From assembly GCA_000934665.2 (NCBI GenBank), contig JYFJ02000590.1, positions 62,001 through 120,067 of the forward strand: a DNA stretch of 58,067 nucleotides. The letters run 5' to 3'. This stretch comes from Catajapyx aquilonaris. Lineage: Eukaryota. Shown here piece after piece: positions 1 through 11,784 of the stretch. The position numbers and the translations under genes were made by a program. Under the pieces are notes generated by a model. That model searched no databases. It was not told the DNA's origin and saw nothing but the letters and a program-made list of their open reading frames with translations. Position 1 is the first letter of the stretch. Every line of letters begins with the position of its first letter.

Positions 1-72
1 CATGGCCAGGAATCCAGGGAAACTAATTTCGAAATCCAACGATAACCCGCCTGTAAAGTAGACTTGTACGGA

Positions 73-230
73 TATTTAGGTCACGCTTAATCGGAATATG
101 AAAACCGTTTGCCGCAATCTTTTGCGGTTTGGGCCCTGATACCTGTCCACAGACAGACAGACGGACGGACGGATAGACAGACAGAGACGTTCTATAATAC
201 TTTTTTTCGATGATGAGAAAACGTCTAAAA
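73..230 (+). mobile_element. DINE-1/Helentron-associated-like interspersed repeat, copy 1, with (GACR)n microsatellite
   Basis: 73-154 aligns ungapped to 48065-48146 (65/82 identical by hand). It is followed by an acagacagacggacggacgg tetranucleotide array and a shared cgttctataa-acttttt. GTCY microsatellites are characteristic of DINE-1/HINE elements. Confidence 0.65.
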
Positions 231-2887
231 CTGTACCATATGGTTCCAGTGTATGACCTGATTTCAAGCCATTTTATAATTACTACGTACAGTACACATA
301 CAGCGCAAAACATTCCATTAATTTGAGCATCCATTCGAGACTTACGTACTGCGCACAAAAATAGGCCTCCTCCATTAATTTCAGCCCCCCGGTATCCCAA
401 AGTTCGTTTTTTTTTCGTCCCGTCCACTGAGCGAACGCTCTACTTGATCACATAAAACCTTAATTAGATGGCGGAGTCAGCTGTATTTTTTCGGCGCTTA
501 ATCTTGTGCAGGTCAGAGTACACGGCTCATTATTGTAATGGATCACAGACCGGCTTAATACGTAAGGGGAAGTGGCAGGCATCGGAAGGCGGCTCAACAC
601 AGGAAGGCACAAAAAAAGGGGGGAGGAAGAAGAAAAGGACAAGAAAGGCAGGTGCTGCCCAACAACCACCTTTCCCCCCTCCTTTTCTCCTGAGAAAATG
701 TGGCAGGAAAATTTAAGATCCCTGTCTGGAGAGCCTCCTTTGCGATTCCGACTGGAGTGTGCCGCCTACAAACCAATTTATTTCCAACAGATCTCGAACG
801 TGATTGTTCACCCATTTTTTTCTCTCGCCCCCACCAAAAAAAGGCCAGTAATTGTTAGGAGAAAGCCAGTGATTTGTACTCTGATACCGAATATCCAGGC
901 CTTTGTGTCACTCATACGTTTCAGGCTTAGAAACAAAAAAAAATACAACAATGTCATGGGAGCAATTATCACTGAAACGGTCTCTTATGTGACATTACGC
1001 CCAGTATATGCACGCAGAAATTTCTGCATGTTATAACACAAGCTAGATGACATATGCCACAGGTCAACGTAGTCGACCCGAGCTCGGGACAAGTTTTATT
1101 TCCCGTTGTCGCTTCTCGGGACGGTTTCACGACTCCTGTGACCCCCAGACTCCGGCAGTTCAGTGAAGGTAGAGGACACCGAGCTAATGGCACGTCTCAT
1201 ATAATTAGTTCAGACCTTGCTCCCTCGGGTGGTAGATGACGGATGCGCCTTCCTACGCCATTTTCTTCCTCGGACTACTCGCTAAGCTGTACTCTCATCT
1301 GGCCCCCGTCTTTTCCTCCTGGGAAAAGGCGTATTGTCTGGAAGCTTGAAGGCCATTATTGGTCTTCGGGCAGGCCTTCTCGCTTAATTAGATTGTTGGA
1401 AGCGTAGCACCGTGTGCACATGCCAGACTTTGGACCCATCATACATGCAGTTTACTCAGGGGTGGTGTAAAGTCTCGAAATTATTTTTCGGGCGGTTTTT
1501 CACACTTTATCCACATGAAGCGCATGACTTGCGACACAGCACTATGTAATCAAACTTCGTAAAACCGGTGGTTAAATTTTTGAATCAACCCAGGCCACTT
1601 ATTTGATCACCACTAATATAACCCTAATTTGTGCCAATTTGGGGAATAAAAATAAATAAAACGGTGGCCCTCTCTCGATAACATTTTAAAAAATCCCTCG
1701 AGTTTCCAAAAAAAACGCAGTAGTAGCAGAAAAAGAGCAGGGTATGAATTAACAATCCGACCACATAAAGGCCTGCAATTTTAATATCGTTTGTAGCCGA
1801 ACGCGAAAGGCGACCTCCCTTGGATCCCAGTGTAATCATATTGGATTAGGGTCTGGTACGCCGCCCGGACTATGAGAGAGAGACGCCTCTTCCAACAATG
1901 TCCTTCAATACATCCAGTCCTATTATTCACCAACCTACTAGCACCAGTTTTAAACCCTTCCATTTAGAAAAAAAACCTAGCATGTGAAACTGGCAGAGTT
2001 TTCCAATCTTCATCTTCGATTGGTTCTCTCTGCAGCACCCAAATCGATCAGAAAGGGGGGGAGTTAAAACGCTTTAGGTTAGCAGTCCCCCATCCCATTA
2101 GTATGAACTTGGGTTTGGCCAGAGTAGGAGATAAGAGAAGCGGCATCATAGTCGCGGGTTTTACGGGGGTTGGGTGGGGATGAACAAGCAAAGGGCTCTA
2201 CCATCTGCCGGACTTTTAATGGCAGTCTTAGGGACCAAGTTCTAGGTCCTTTCTACCCCCTACATCCGATCCGCTCTTCTCTGGGTAATGAATGTTCATC
2301 TGGGAATTTAGGGGCCAGCTGAACTGTGGAGGGGAAGACCTGTAGAAGCGATATCGACACACGGACTCTGGAAGCGGCCATTAGTGAAAAGAAGGCCTGG
2401 AGACAGGATCCCTTGGCGTCCATGTCGCTCGTGGTTTCTCCTCTCCCAACAGGCCCTAGGCTTGACAGGGAAAAGGTGTGGGAGAGGTATGGCAGGGAGG
2501 GGGAGGTGGCCGCAACAAAACGCGGGGACAAACTAAGTTTGGCCAGAAACTCGACACCTGCTACCAAGGTTTCCCCCAAATGGATCTATAAATAAGCCAT
2601 TGACAGAGGACGGGTCTTCAGAAAGAAAAAAAAAAATGTCGCCAGCAGTTTTTATGGGATGACTCTGAAAGGTGTGGGGCGTGACCAAGATTGCTAAACT
2701 GGTCGTTATACCGGTTGGACACTGCCATTCAGAAGGTTCGAACAAACTTGGGGGGCTTGCGGTGATAGGCGAGATTTTGAGGAAATGATGGGAGGACAAC
2801 TTGGAAAGGACAGTGAAAGGTGATATCAGTTGACAGACTGCTGATTTCATATTTGGTGTGCCACTGTGCCTTATTTAATTCACTGTA

Positions 2888-3043
2888 CAGTGCTGGACAT
2901 TAATGGTGTTGTACTTGTGCCGCCTTGAACCGTGGCGGCAAAAAAGCGAATCGAAAGTAATATGAAGGGAAATTTTCTATACGCTCTTTTGCCGCCATCG
3001 TCTTGTGGCGTCACCAGTAGGACACCTTTAATGTCCAGCAGTG
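2888..3043. mobile_element. Palindromic MITE, Tc1/mariner-like ends, TA target duplication
   Basis: TA|CAGTGCTGGACATTAATGGTGT ... ACACCTTTAATGTCCAGCAGTG|TA; imperfect arms pair over about 70 bp. Confidence 0.8.
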
Positions 3044-6000
3044 TACAGTTAAAACTTGTAAAATGAACAGATTCAACAGCATTTCATAATCATAAAGGAC
3101 CAACTCTGGCTGAGATCATGGGGCCAAAGCACCTCCTTTTGTACTCCATAATATCTGCTTCGATTGTACCATTAGCGAGTTAAAAGCAGTGTCTAAGGAC
3201 GCCCTCAACTTTGTGTAAGAGAAATGAATTAGTGTTTAAAACACATGGGCCTATTCTGTCATCCGGAGCGGACCATTTTACTCCGGGCTTTATGTTGAAT
3301 TCATTTGATGACAGAGTGCGCCATTGCCACGTCCCAGAGGGCTGTCATTTTCAGCATTTACCCCGAGAACTGTGAGCTCGCATTAACATGATGTGATATT
3401 CTGGCCTACAATTTCCAAAATAATTCGGGCTCTGATATCACATGAGGATTTAGCGAGCAAACCGGCTCTTTGTTGTGAATCATGGGCGCATTTATTTTTC
3501 AGATGTGAATTATATGAGGTTAATTATGTTAGGTGCCACTAATCAAACTGATATGCCTGACGGCCTAGTCTGGCTCTCCTTTTATGCACGGGTTCAGTAA
3601 ATGTTAGGGCGCTAATATCATCAGGGAAACAGACCACAACAAAAGGCCCAGACCTAGCTTGCAATGTGCAAAAATTGCGCCTAATTTGCCAGAAAACTAG
3701 GTTAAAGTTGTGAAAAACTTTAGGCTAGGCCTTTGCGAAAAAATGGATCCTAAAATATTGCCCCGATGAGCATAACCTCGCATTAAATAGCAACTTGCTC
3801 AATTGAAAAAGGGTGTTGTTTTAGCTAATGAACAGCATGCTGTATATGCCAACGCATCACTGTAGTTATATTTAAACATTTCATCCGGCAAAGTACAGTT
3901 ACTGAAACTGTAATCCCCATTAAAGTGACAAGTGGTTTACCTCGGCAGCAAATTATTACTTTAAATGTCACTTTACTGACAAAGGTCAGACATTTCATTT
4001 GTGACTTATTAAGAATGTGCATCTGGACAAGCTCTCATTACCTCTTGACCCCTGTTTATATAGTCATTATTGAGCTGGGTCAATTTATGTGTTGGTTAAT
4101 ATAAGGAGTGAAAATTATGTATGGATAACATTTCACTCGAGTGTTTAGCATCCAAAAACATTCTCATACGTCCAATATCTATTATGTAAGAGTGGGTTTG
4201 TGGGTAATGCCTAACATTTTTATCGCCATTTTTGAGCAGGGATTGAAAATGTTGCGAACAGCTGATGCAGCCTACTTTGCACAAAAATAATACGTCCTGT
4301 AAATTTTGTGAGCACAAAAGAGGCACAAACAGCCATTATCAGCACCATTTAAAAGCTGCTCAATCACTACCGCTAAACAGGTCCCCAGCATCACACCGGT
4401 TTGCTCAGTAATTCAACTGCATCAAACTTTGCACATACTTTAAAATGCGAATCGAAGCTATGAAAAGTGTCACTTATAAGTGGAATGTGGAATTCATAAA
4501 ATAATGTTGAAATGATCAATTTTGCAATCACGCTAATATATTTATTAGAACCGCCAATAATTAAATGTTGCTTTTGTGAACAATATGACTGTCTACCACA
4601 CAACATGTGACTATCAACTACTATTTGAAATGAAAATGTTTCTTCCTTGCATTTGACTGACACATTACCTATTAACCATCAAGTTACCATTATTTGCAAA
4701 TATGTGAACACATTTTCAAACAAACGAGGGTTTTTCCCCCAACCAACTGCATCGTTGCCCCTCTTTAATTGCAAAATGTGCTCAAAACACTCCCAATTTT
4801 TCCCCTCCTCCGCTGTTTATAAATGAGATGAAAATGTCCTCTGGAAAAGGGGGGTATAGTTGGAGGACATGAAGTGATCAGGACTTGCTGAGGAGGCGGA
4901 ATTCGTTTGAAGGGGGCGGGCTCCAGTAAATGATGAAGCGGGTCGGAAAGTGGACCTTCCCTTTTAATTGGAAAAGGTGGAGGCTGCCTGGCCTCTCTCT
5001 CTCTTTCCCTCTCTCCCTCTCCCATTTCCCCTCTCCCCTTTTCCTTCACCCACGTCGATCCTTCTGCCGATGGATCAATGAGCCACCTTCGATTTTTACA
5101 CACTTCTCTCCTAATTGCTTGCAGGATTAGTTTGTTAGTCCCGGAACAAAGAACTACAAGAGACATTCTTCTCTCCTTTCAACCTCTTTGTTCTATAAAT
5201 TACTCTCCGGATTCTTGAAATGGACGACATTCTTCGCAAGGGATTTTGGGAGTTCCCTTCCAATAAGAGGATCTCCTTTCCCCCTCTTTTGTCCTCTCTC
5301 TCCTTTTCCCCTTCTTCTCCTCCTCCTTTTTCTTACTGGAGAAAAGTAGTCTGGATGGGGCACCATTACAGTTTATGAAGTTCTTTTTTCTGAGCTCTTA
5401 GTTCCCCTGTTGTTATCGCTAATTAGTTTCAAACCGCGCATCCGACGGATAGATGGTTTCGGTTGGGGGGAAGGATTCCGCGATTTTACGCCATAAAATC
5501 AACAGTAAAGCCTCACTGGGCACCATGTCCTCATAAACCTGCTAAAGGGTATTTGTTCCTGGCCCTGCAGCTAACGGCTTCGGATGTGGAAGGAAAGTAA
5601 GTCAAGTTCTTGGAACGGCCTCTTGGTCCGGCTCAAAAACCTCGAAAAGAGGAATCAACTGGACCCGAACCTCATTTCCAACAGATATGGGGACCGCCTT
5701 TTATACACCTCCCGATGTAATGGTTTTGACGCCACCACGTACGTCCCATAATTTCCTCCATTTGTTACCATTAAATACCTGAGCCAGTGGGGCGGGGCAT
5801 TTTTCTAACACCCACGGAGAAATATGACCTCGCTCAGCAGCTTCTCTCTTAATGGCCATGTCGTGAAAAATGAAAGATATGACGAATTTTCTTGATATTG
5901 CTAATTTGGTCCAATAAATTGCGATTTTGTTCAATTAGAAGCAGCCACGTGTTGTCCCAAAATACTGCAGATTCAGTTGACGACAAAAATAGTGCTTGAA

Positions 6001-6755
6001 TAGTAGCACTTGGTGTCCAAGTGGTCAAACCGAAACAGCGTGCGAGATTCGGGCCATAACAACTTAGATAAGCGGAGAAAGGACGAGAGAAGGAGGCAAG
6101 ACGATCGCTGTTTGGTGGAAAAGGAAAGAGAGAGAGAAAAAAAGAAGGGGTCGAAATTGAAAATGTAAACATCTCATCGGGGTCGAGAGCATCCATTAGA
6201 GTCCGGGAGTGGTCATTACTGTCCGGCCAATGGCACTTGAGGGAATAGGGGCGAGTCGACTCACTGAAGGCTGCGACACACGAATTCGGAGATGTAGTGG
6301 AGAAGTGGAAGTCTTCGGGGTTGGAGGGGATAAGAGTCATGTCTTGACCAATCCCTGGGCAGACATCGGCCCCCAGGAAAACTCGATGGGAGGAGAGGTT
6401 GGGGGGTCTTCACTCAACTCGCCGCAAGGATTTGCAGCTTTTTACGGGGAATAACTGGGCCCCGGAATATCACTCCGGTCCGAGGCTTACGGGTCAAGTG
6501 CACAATAAAAACCTTTATGGCTCGGATGGTGCCAGAGATGAGCGGGGATTTTACACGTGTATGGCAAACAATCAGTTCGAGAAGTTTGTCGTTAACTGGC
6601 TCAATTTAAGACGGCCCTGTTGTGTTTTCCAGATATTATTTTGATAGGGTGCGAGTTAATGAGCTAATTAAAAAACCAATAATTGTGCATATACCGTCAG
6701 ATGTTACCATAACTAATCTTGTCTTTCTCTACGGTTAGAAAATACTATCAAACCG

Positions 6756-6812
6756 CCACTGCTAAATGGCACTACAGATAGATACTGCTAACTTAGCAGT
6801 ATCTAGCAGTGG
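6756..6812. repeat. 27-bp palindrome (perfect 13-bp arms, 1-nt centre) nested in an outer inverted repeat
   Basis: TAGATACTGCTAA-C-TTAGCAGTATCTA at 6779-6805, with outer CCACTGCTA...TAGCAGTGG. Confidence 0.85.
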
Positions 6813-6950
6813 GACGAAAATTTCACCCATTGTCAATATGTCTCACCAACAAAGAAATATATAACTTTTTTTCTAGAAGACAAAGTAAAGATCAATGGTA
6901 AGTTTTATTATTTTGATTCAACCAAGCAGCATACTCTCTATACAGTAGTA

Positions 6951-7838
6951 GGGGAGACCGGGCACAGTGGTCCACCTTTGCACATTTGAATTTTTCTAAG
7001 CTTTCCTGCTATACCTACATGCACAATGACAATATTTTCCGGCATGGAGGAGGTACTCATTGGTTATACAAGTCACTATTATATTCACAGGCAGTGCCAT
7101 CCATTTGGCTTAAAAATATTTTAGAAGCTGCCCTGTGCAAATGGATCACTGTAGCCCGATGCCTGGGACACAGGGGTCCGGAAGTGATTGGGACTCATAA
7201 TTCACACAGTATTTTTTAAATTTTTTATCGTACATTCAACCCCTCTAAATAAATAGTAAATAATAAAAAGAGACTTCTGTTACTGCAACCTGAGGACACA
7301 AGCGAAACAGCGTCTCTCTCCGGAAAGTATAGAACTTGTCCTGCCGCACATCCTTTGGCGCATGAATTTTATTTCATACTAGTGTCTATCAAAACTATTA
7401 CCATATAAACCTTGGATGACATTAATTACTGTACAGAGACAAAAGGGGGCACGGTCGTCCACAAAGAGATGCACACTGGGTCCATGGACCACTGTGTCCC
7501 GGGAAGCAACTGACATGTGTTATGAATCGTAGCTTCTATATTGCAGATGACGCTTTCCAAATTTCCAGCATTTATGCACAAAGGATGACACTATTCAACA
7601 ACATTTTTACATCCGGGTCATGCCCAGCATCGACGCCTGGCATGGCATTTAAACTGTGGGTTAGAAGTAGGTAGATTTTTCCCTGATACAGCAGGATCAC
7701 AGGCATCTCACAGGTGGCTGTCATGTTGGCAGGATGCACAATATAGTGACTTGTTTCACGAGGTACCACATGAAAATGTTTCTATTCCCGTTCTTAGTAT
7801 TTTTAAAATAGAAAGGACCACTGTGCCCCGCTCTCCCC
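6951..7838. mobile_element. 888-bp non-autonomous DNA transposon (pogo/Fot1-like TIRs), TA-flanked
   Basis: TA|GGGGAGACCGGGCACAGTGGTCC ... GGACCACTGTGCCCCGCTCTCCCC|TA; degenerate internal copies of the TIR motif near 7143, 7165, 7445, 7470 and 7486; no intact transposase ORF. Confidence 0.85.
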
Positions 7839-10225
7839 TACATTAAAAAGCCTGTGACTAGCTCATTTTAACGATGTCTAGGACCATTTTCCGATTATCA
7901 GTATTTTGCGATTATCCGGCAACACCCATGCAGTCATTAGCCGGGATAATCGGGAGTACAGTGTGTTTCCGTAATTGACAAGTTTCCTCTACATTCAGGA
8001 CCATTGCAAACACGCTATCACTTAACAAAATAATTACCAATATGGAATGAAATTACGCTCGGACAACGTTAACTCTGTGGATAGTCCTTTATCATTATAA
8101 CACAAAATTGTTAATAAAGTGCATGGACATACAATACTGGGTGGTATGTCGTAATTGGCTCGCAATGAAATTACCGCATATTTCGCAAAACACAATTAAC
8201 AGCTGAAGTGTCGCTTATTGACGACAATAAAAAAGAGGGTTCCATCATGCAGTAGTCATTCGAAAAGTGATAGCCCCACCTTCTGAATCGGCTGCACATT
8301 TTGAAACACGGGGAGGGCGAGGTTAGTACGACCCTGGGTGACTGCTGGCCTATACACGCAATATGAGCTCTGGCCGTGACTATAGAGAGCAAGACGGTGC
8401 CATGTTAGCCCAGAGAAGGGACTGACACTGCTCATAAAGCCAGCCTAGGAGCCAACTCTCCTCTGACATTTGGAGTAGGAACACTAACGTTGAGAAATTG
8501 CCAGGGGGGGACATGGAGAGGGCGGGACCGGAGGGAGGTTGGAAAGGATTGAGGCAGGGATGAGGATGGGGGAAGGTAAAAAAAAAAGTTGGAAGACGAA
8601 GAAAAAAAATAATAGAAGAGAAAGAAAAGTAGAAAAAAATGAAAAAGAGAAGGGGTTGAGAAGGCCTTGTTGACTGCACCTCAAGCCATCGTCGAGCTTT
8701 TGCTTCTTTCTTCATGGGACTCGCCTGATAAATAAATCCTGAATCTTTCACTGGTTGAGCAGGTTGGTCTGCAGTTGAATCATGGGCAGACCGACACTTC
8801 TGGAAATGGTGACGCAAATGGGGGGCCTCACCTCGGCGCAATTGGGGTGACACAACAGCGTTTGTCATTAGGCCAGTTCGGAGGTGCGAGGGATTCGCAA
8901 TCAAGCCTCGGAGAGTACCAGTATAAACAGGGATTTATGCACTGCGTTTGACTTCATTTCGCACCTTATCCGCCAATAACGAGTCCCTCAATTTATGTGG
9001 GGGTGGAGATATAGTCATAATGTACAGGGTGAACCGGCATCAAATTTATGGCAATGCCATTAATATTTGAAATGTGAGAATTTTTCGCAACACACTGTAT
9101 GTCACTCTGCTTTTGGCTCACTCTGTACCGAGTCATAAACAGTCGTGAACAAATGACGCATGATCCTGGATCAACCTATTTGACGGCAACGTACTCATAC
9201 AGTCAGGTCCATGTTATTAAACTTAATTAGCGGTAGGTTCGGAAAATTTTCCTAAAGTTGGCCACAATGCGTAATGATGAAGCAGTTGCATTTAATCCGG
9301 GCCCTGCGAATACCGAGTGGATTACTTCATCCCGAATTATTCATTTAGCGATGTCAAACTGTCAGTTTTTTGGGGGGGGAGGTTGGACAAGGGTTGTGTT
9401 CAGCAGGCAACAAAAGCGTGCTTGCTCGACCAGCCCCAACTATGGAGACCCACCTTTTGCGTGATTTCACACACGTCAGTTATATTACTCGCTAAAAAAA
9501 ACTCCGCTCTTGATAACTAGCCAAAGATCTGCTATGGACGAGACCTCATTTTGCAATACCCAGCCGGGTCCCCCCCTATTTCTAATTACCGCCACTAGCC
9601 ACCCCCTCCAACCAGCGCAGCCAAACTGCTGTCTCATTATACATGCATGTATGTGCATGTAATGAGGCAGTAATTCCGGTAATTACGTTAATGCGCGTGA
9701 CGAAGACTGACACATGGTAATTCGTACACATGTTTCAATAACTGATGACACAGCCAGGGAGAGCCCCCTTTGCACTAATCTGCTCGCAAGGCGTGTGGAG
9801 ATGATGAGCTTGTCAACTGGACGCCCCTTTTCCTAAATTATGCCTAAGAATGCTTCAGGGAGAAGGATAATCCTCAATTATTACTTATTATTTGGCCAGT
9901 ACGGGCTATACTTATAGGAAATTAGCACTATTTCATACCTGGATGTACTATTCAATTTTTTAGTGCACCAGTTCTTTTTGGATGGAAAGTGCCAAATGTT
10001 AATGAGCTGATATGTTTATGCATGATTAAGTGGGAGAAAGGGGGGGCCTCGCCGGGCATAATTGCTCCATTTGTACACGGACACTGGCACAATTACCCTG
10101 CGCTCATTAAAGAGTCAAAAGATGGACGACGCGGTTTTGTGTGATTGATATTCTATCCGGTACACTCCCCCCCGCGGGCCACTCCTTGATGAAAATTTGT
10201 CTGGAGCTTTTATTCAATATCGGAT

Positions 10226-10959
10226 TTAACTGACCGGTTCCAGCGGCATTACAAACCAATCCGGAATTTTATGGGCGTTCGAGTGGAAAGGGTTATGCGG
10301 CAAATTCCGTAACTCACCGCTGACGTTTATGAACCCTAATCCTCTTGAAAGTGTGAACGGTGGCCATAACTGACAGCGAGAACGACGGTCGGTCAATGTT
10401 TGGCTTCGGCTCGCGTTGACATTATATCTCTCCACACATAGTGAAGAGGGTGTGGCTTTGAAGCCTAAAATTGCGGGCCTCAAAACAACCCACACCAGCA
10501 CTTTTTTAGCCTCTTCCCCACGAAAACAAAAGGCGGGGTAATAATTTTGCAGACAATCATTGTATGTTATTCTCTCCAAAATATATTTGGAGGTGATGGA
10601 GCACCACTGTGTTTTCCAATATTGTATAGTAGTCTAATGTTAACATGCCAATTATTGTGGTCTGTTACAACCTGTGTCCAATATTCATTTTGGCCAACCC
10701 TTCAATGTCGACAAATCCGGCATTGGCCCGGAAGTGTCCCCGCTTCCTTTCTTGGTCCCAAAGGGCAGTGACCGCAAAGGAAAAAAATCTCCGTCCACAT
10801 TCTTCCAGTAAAAAGATGGCCAAACGCTCCGCCTTAAAAGAGCGCAAAAAAGTGTATGTACCGAACCCAGTCAGCCGTTGGAAATCGTGTAAGCGCAGGT
10901 TCTGTAACATGGGGCTTCCAAAAATTCCGGATCAATGTATCGCCACAAGAAGCGGTTAA
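10226..10959. mobile_element. Old TTAA-flanked element with long degenerate inverted arms
   Basis: TTAA at 10226 and 10956; ATCCGGAATTTT (10259-10270) pairs with AAAATTCCGGAT (10921-10932); patchy inverted similarity continues about 200 bp inward. Confidence 0.5.
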
Positions 10960-11655
10960 GGAGAGGAGGATTCACCCCTCGTCTTTTTCCCTCGGCTGCT
11001 AGAAATTGGCACGTAAAAATGGTGCCTATTCAGAGGCATCTGCTACCAAAATAAATTTTAGGGAGGAACCTCGCCTTGTCGACTTGGGGAGGGGGAGGTG
11101 ACGAGGGAATCTCATAATGTTGGCCAGCCTTCTCCAGTAGTTCTAGAAGAGGCTGGCCTCTAAACTCCTTCGCCGCTTTGCTTTCCTTTCCTTATAGAAG
11201 GGGGAGAAAGAGATGCTGGCCCTTCTAAGGGGAGAAAAGGCTCAGCCTAGACGCCATATTTTACCCTGCTACTATTCCGCACTCGGTCCATATCTCTTCT
11301 CAGGGCTCACACGTCGTTTTTCCACCCAGAACCTTATACGTAGGTACTACAGGTGTAGTCAAGAATGGGCTGAACTGGGAATAATCTCTAGATTCATGGA
11401 CGGAAATGTATGAAACATATGAGCCTGTGCCTCTGTTTGTCCAGTCAGGAGGTGCATGTAATACCACTACCTCTCCCCATACCCTAACAATGGCGATAGT
11501 GTGCAGAGAGTGACAATGCGCCATTGAAGAAAATTATACCAAATGAACAATCGGCCCAGTCAGTTTTGTCCCAAATAATTGGCAATTATTATCACCGGTA
11601 ATTAGGGCTGCTTGACCAAATCACTGAATGTCACCTTCCATATTATCCCCCACAG

Positions 11656-11784
11656 TGAATGTGATTGACGGCGAAGTACTCCACATCACCAAAGTGAGTC
11701 GACTGCATATGGGCGCCTACTTATGCATCGCATCTAATGGAATCCCGCCGTCTATAAGCAAGAGAGTGGTCCTCAAAGTACAAT
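11656..11784 (+). CDS. Gene A exon, second half of Ig2 (VNVIDGEVLHITKVSRLHMGAYLCIASNGIPPSISKRVVLKVQ)
   Basis: cccccacag| acceptor, |gtaagt donor, 129 nt, phase 1-1; same length as the paralogous exon at 49472-49600. Confidence 0.95.

Noticed and set aside
3247..3322. Harbinger-like short inverted ends (tctgtcatc/gatgacaga)
   Set aside because: Only a 9-bp exact core and no clear TSD
5571..5596. ctgcag|26 nt|gtaagt micro-exon candidate on +
   Set aside because: Length is not a multiple of 3, so it would frameshift Ig2; the upstream acceptor (91 nt) also shifts the frame
7500..7800. Transposase remnant inside the 888-bp element
   Set aside because: No DDE, HTH or complete zinc-finger motif recognisable in the frames I read
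9025..9097. TA|CAGGGTG...CACACTG|TA mariner-like mini-element
   Set aside because: Only 7 bp of inverted match with a mismatch; could be chance
1..11655. Missing first-half-Ig2 exon of gene A (counterpart of 56539-56694)
   Set aside because: No PP..D..S.D..V.EG...L.C.A.G.P.P...WRRE-like segment found by eye; it probably lies upstream of the window (intron >11.6 kb)
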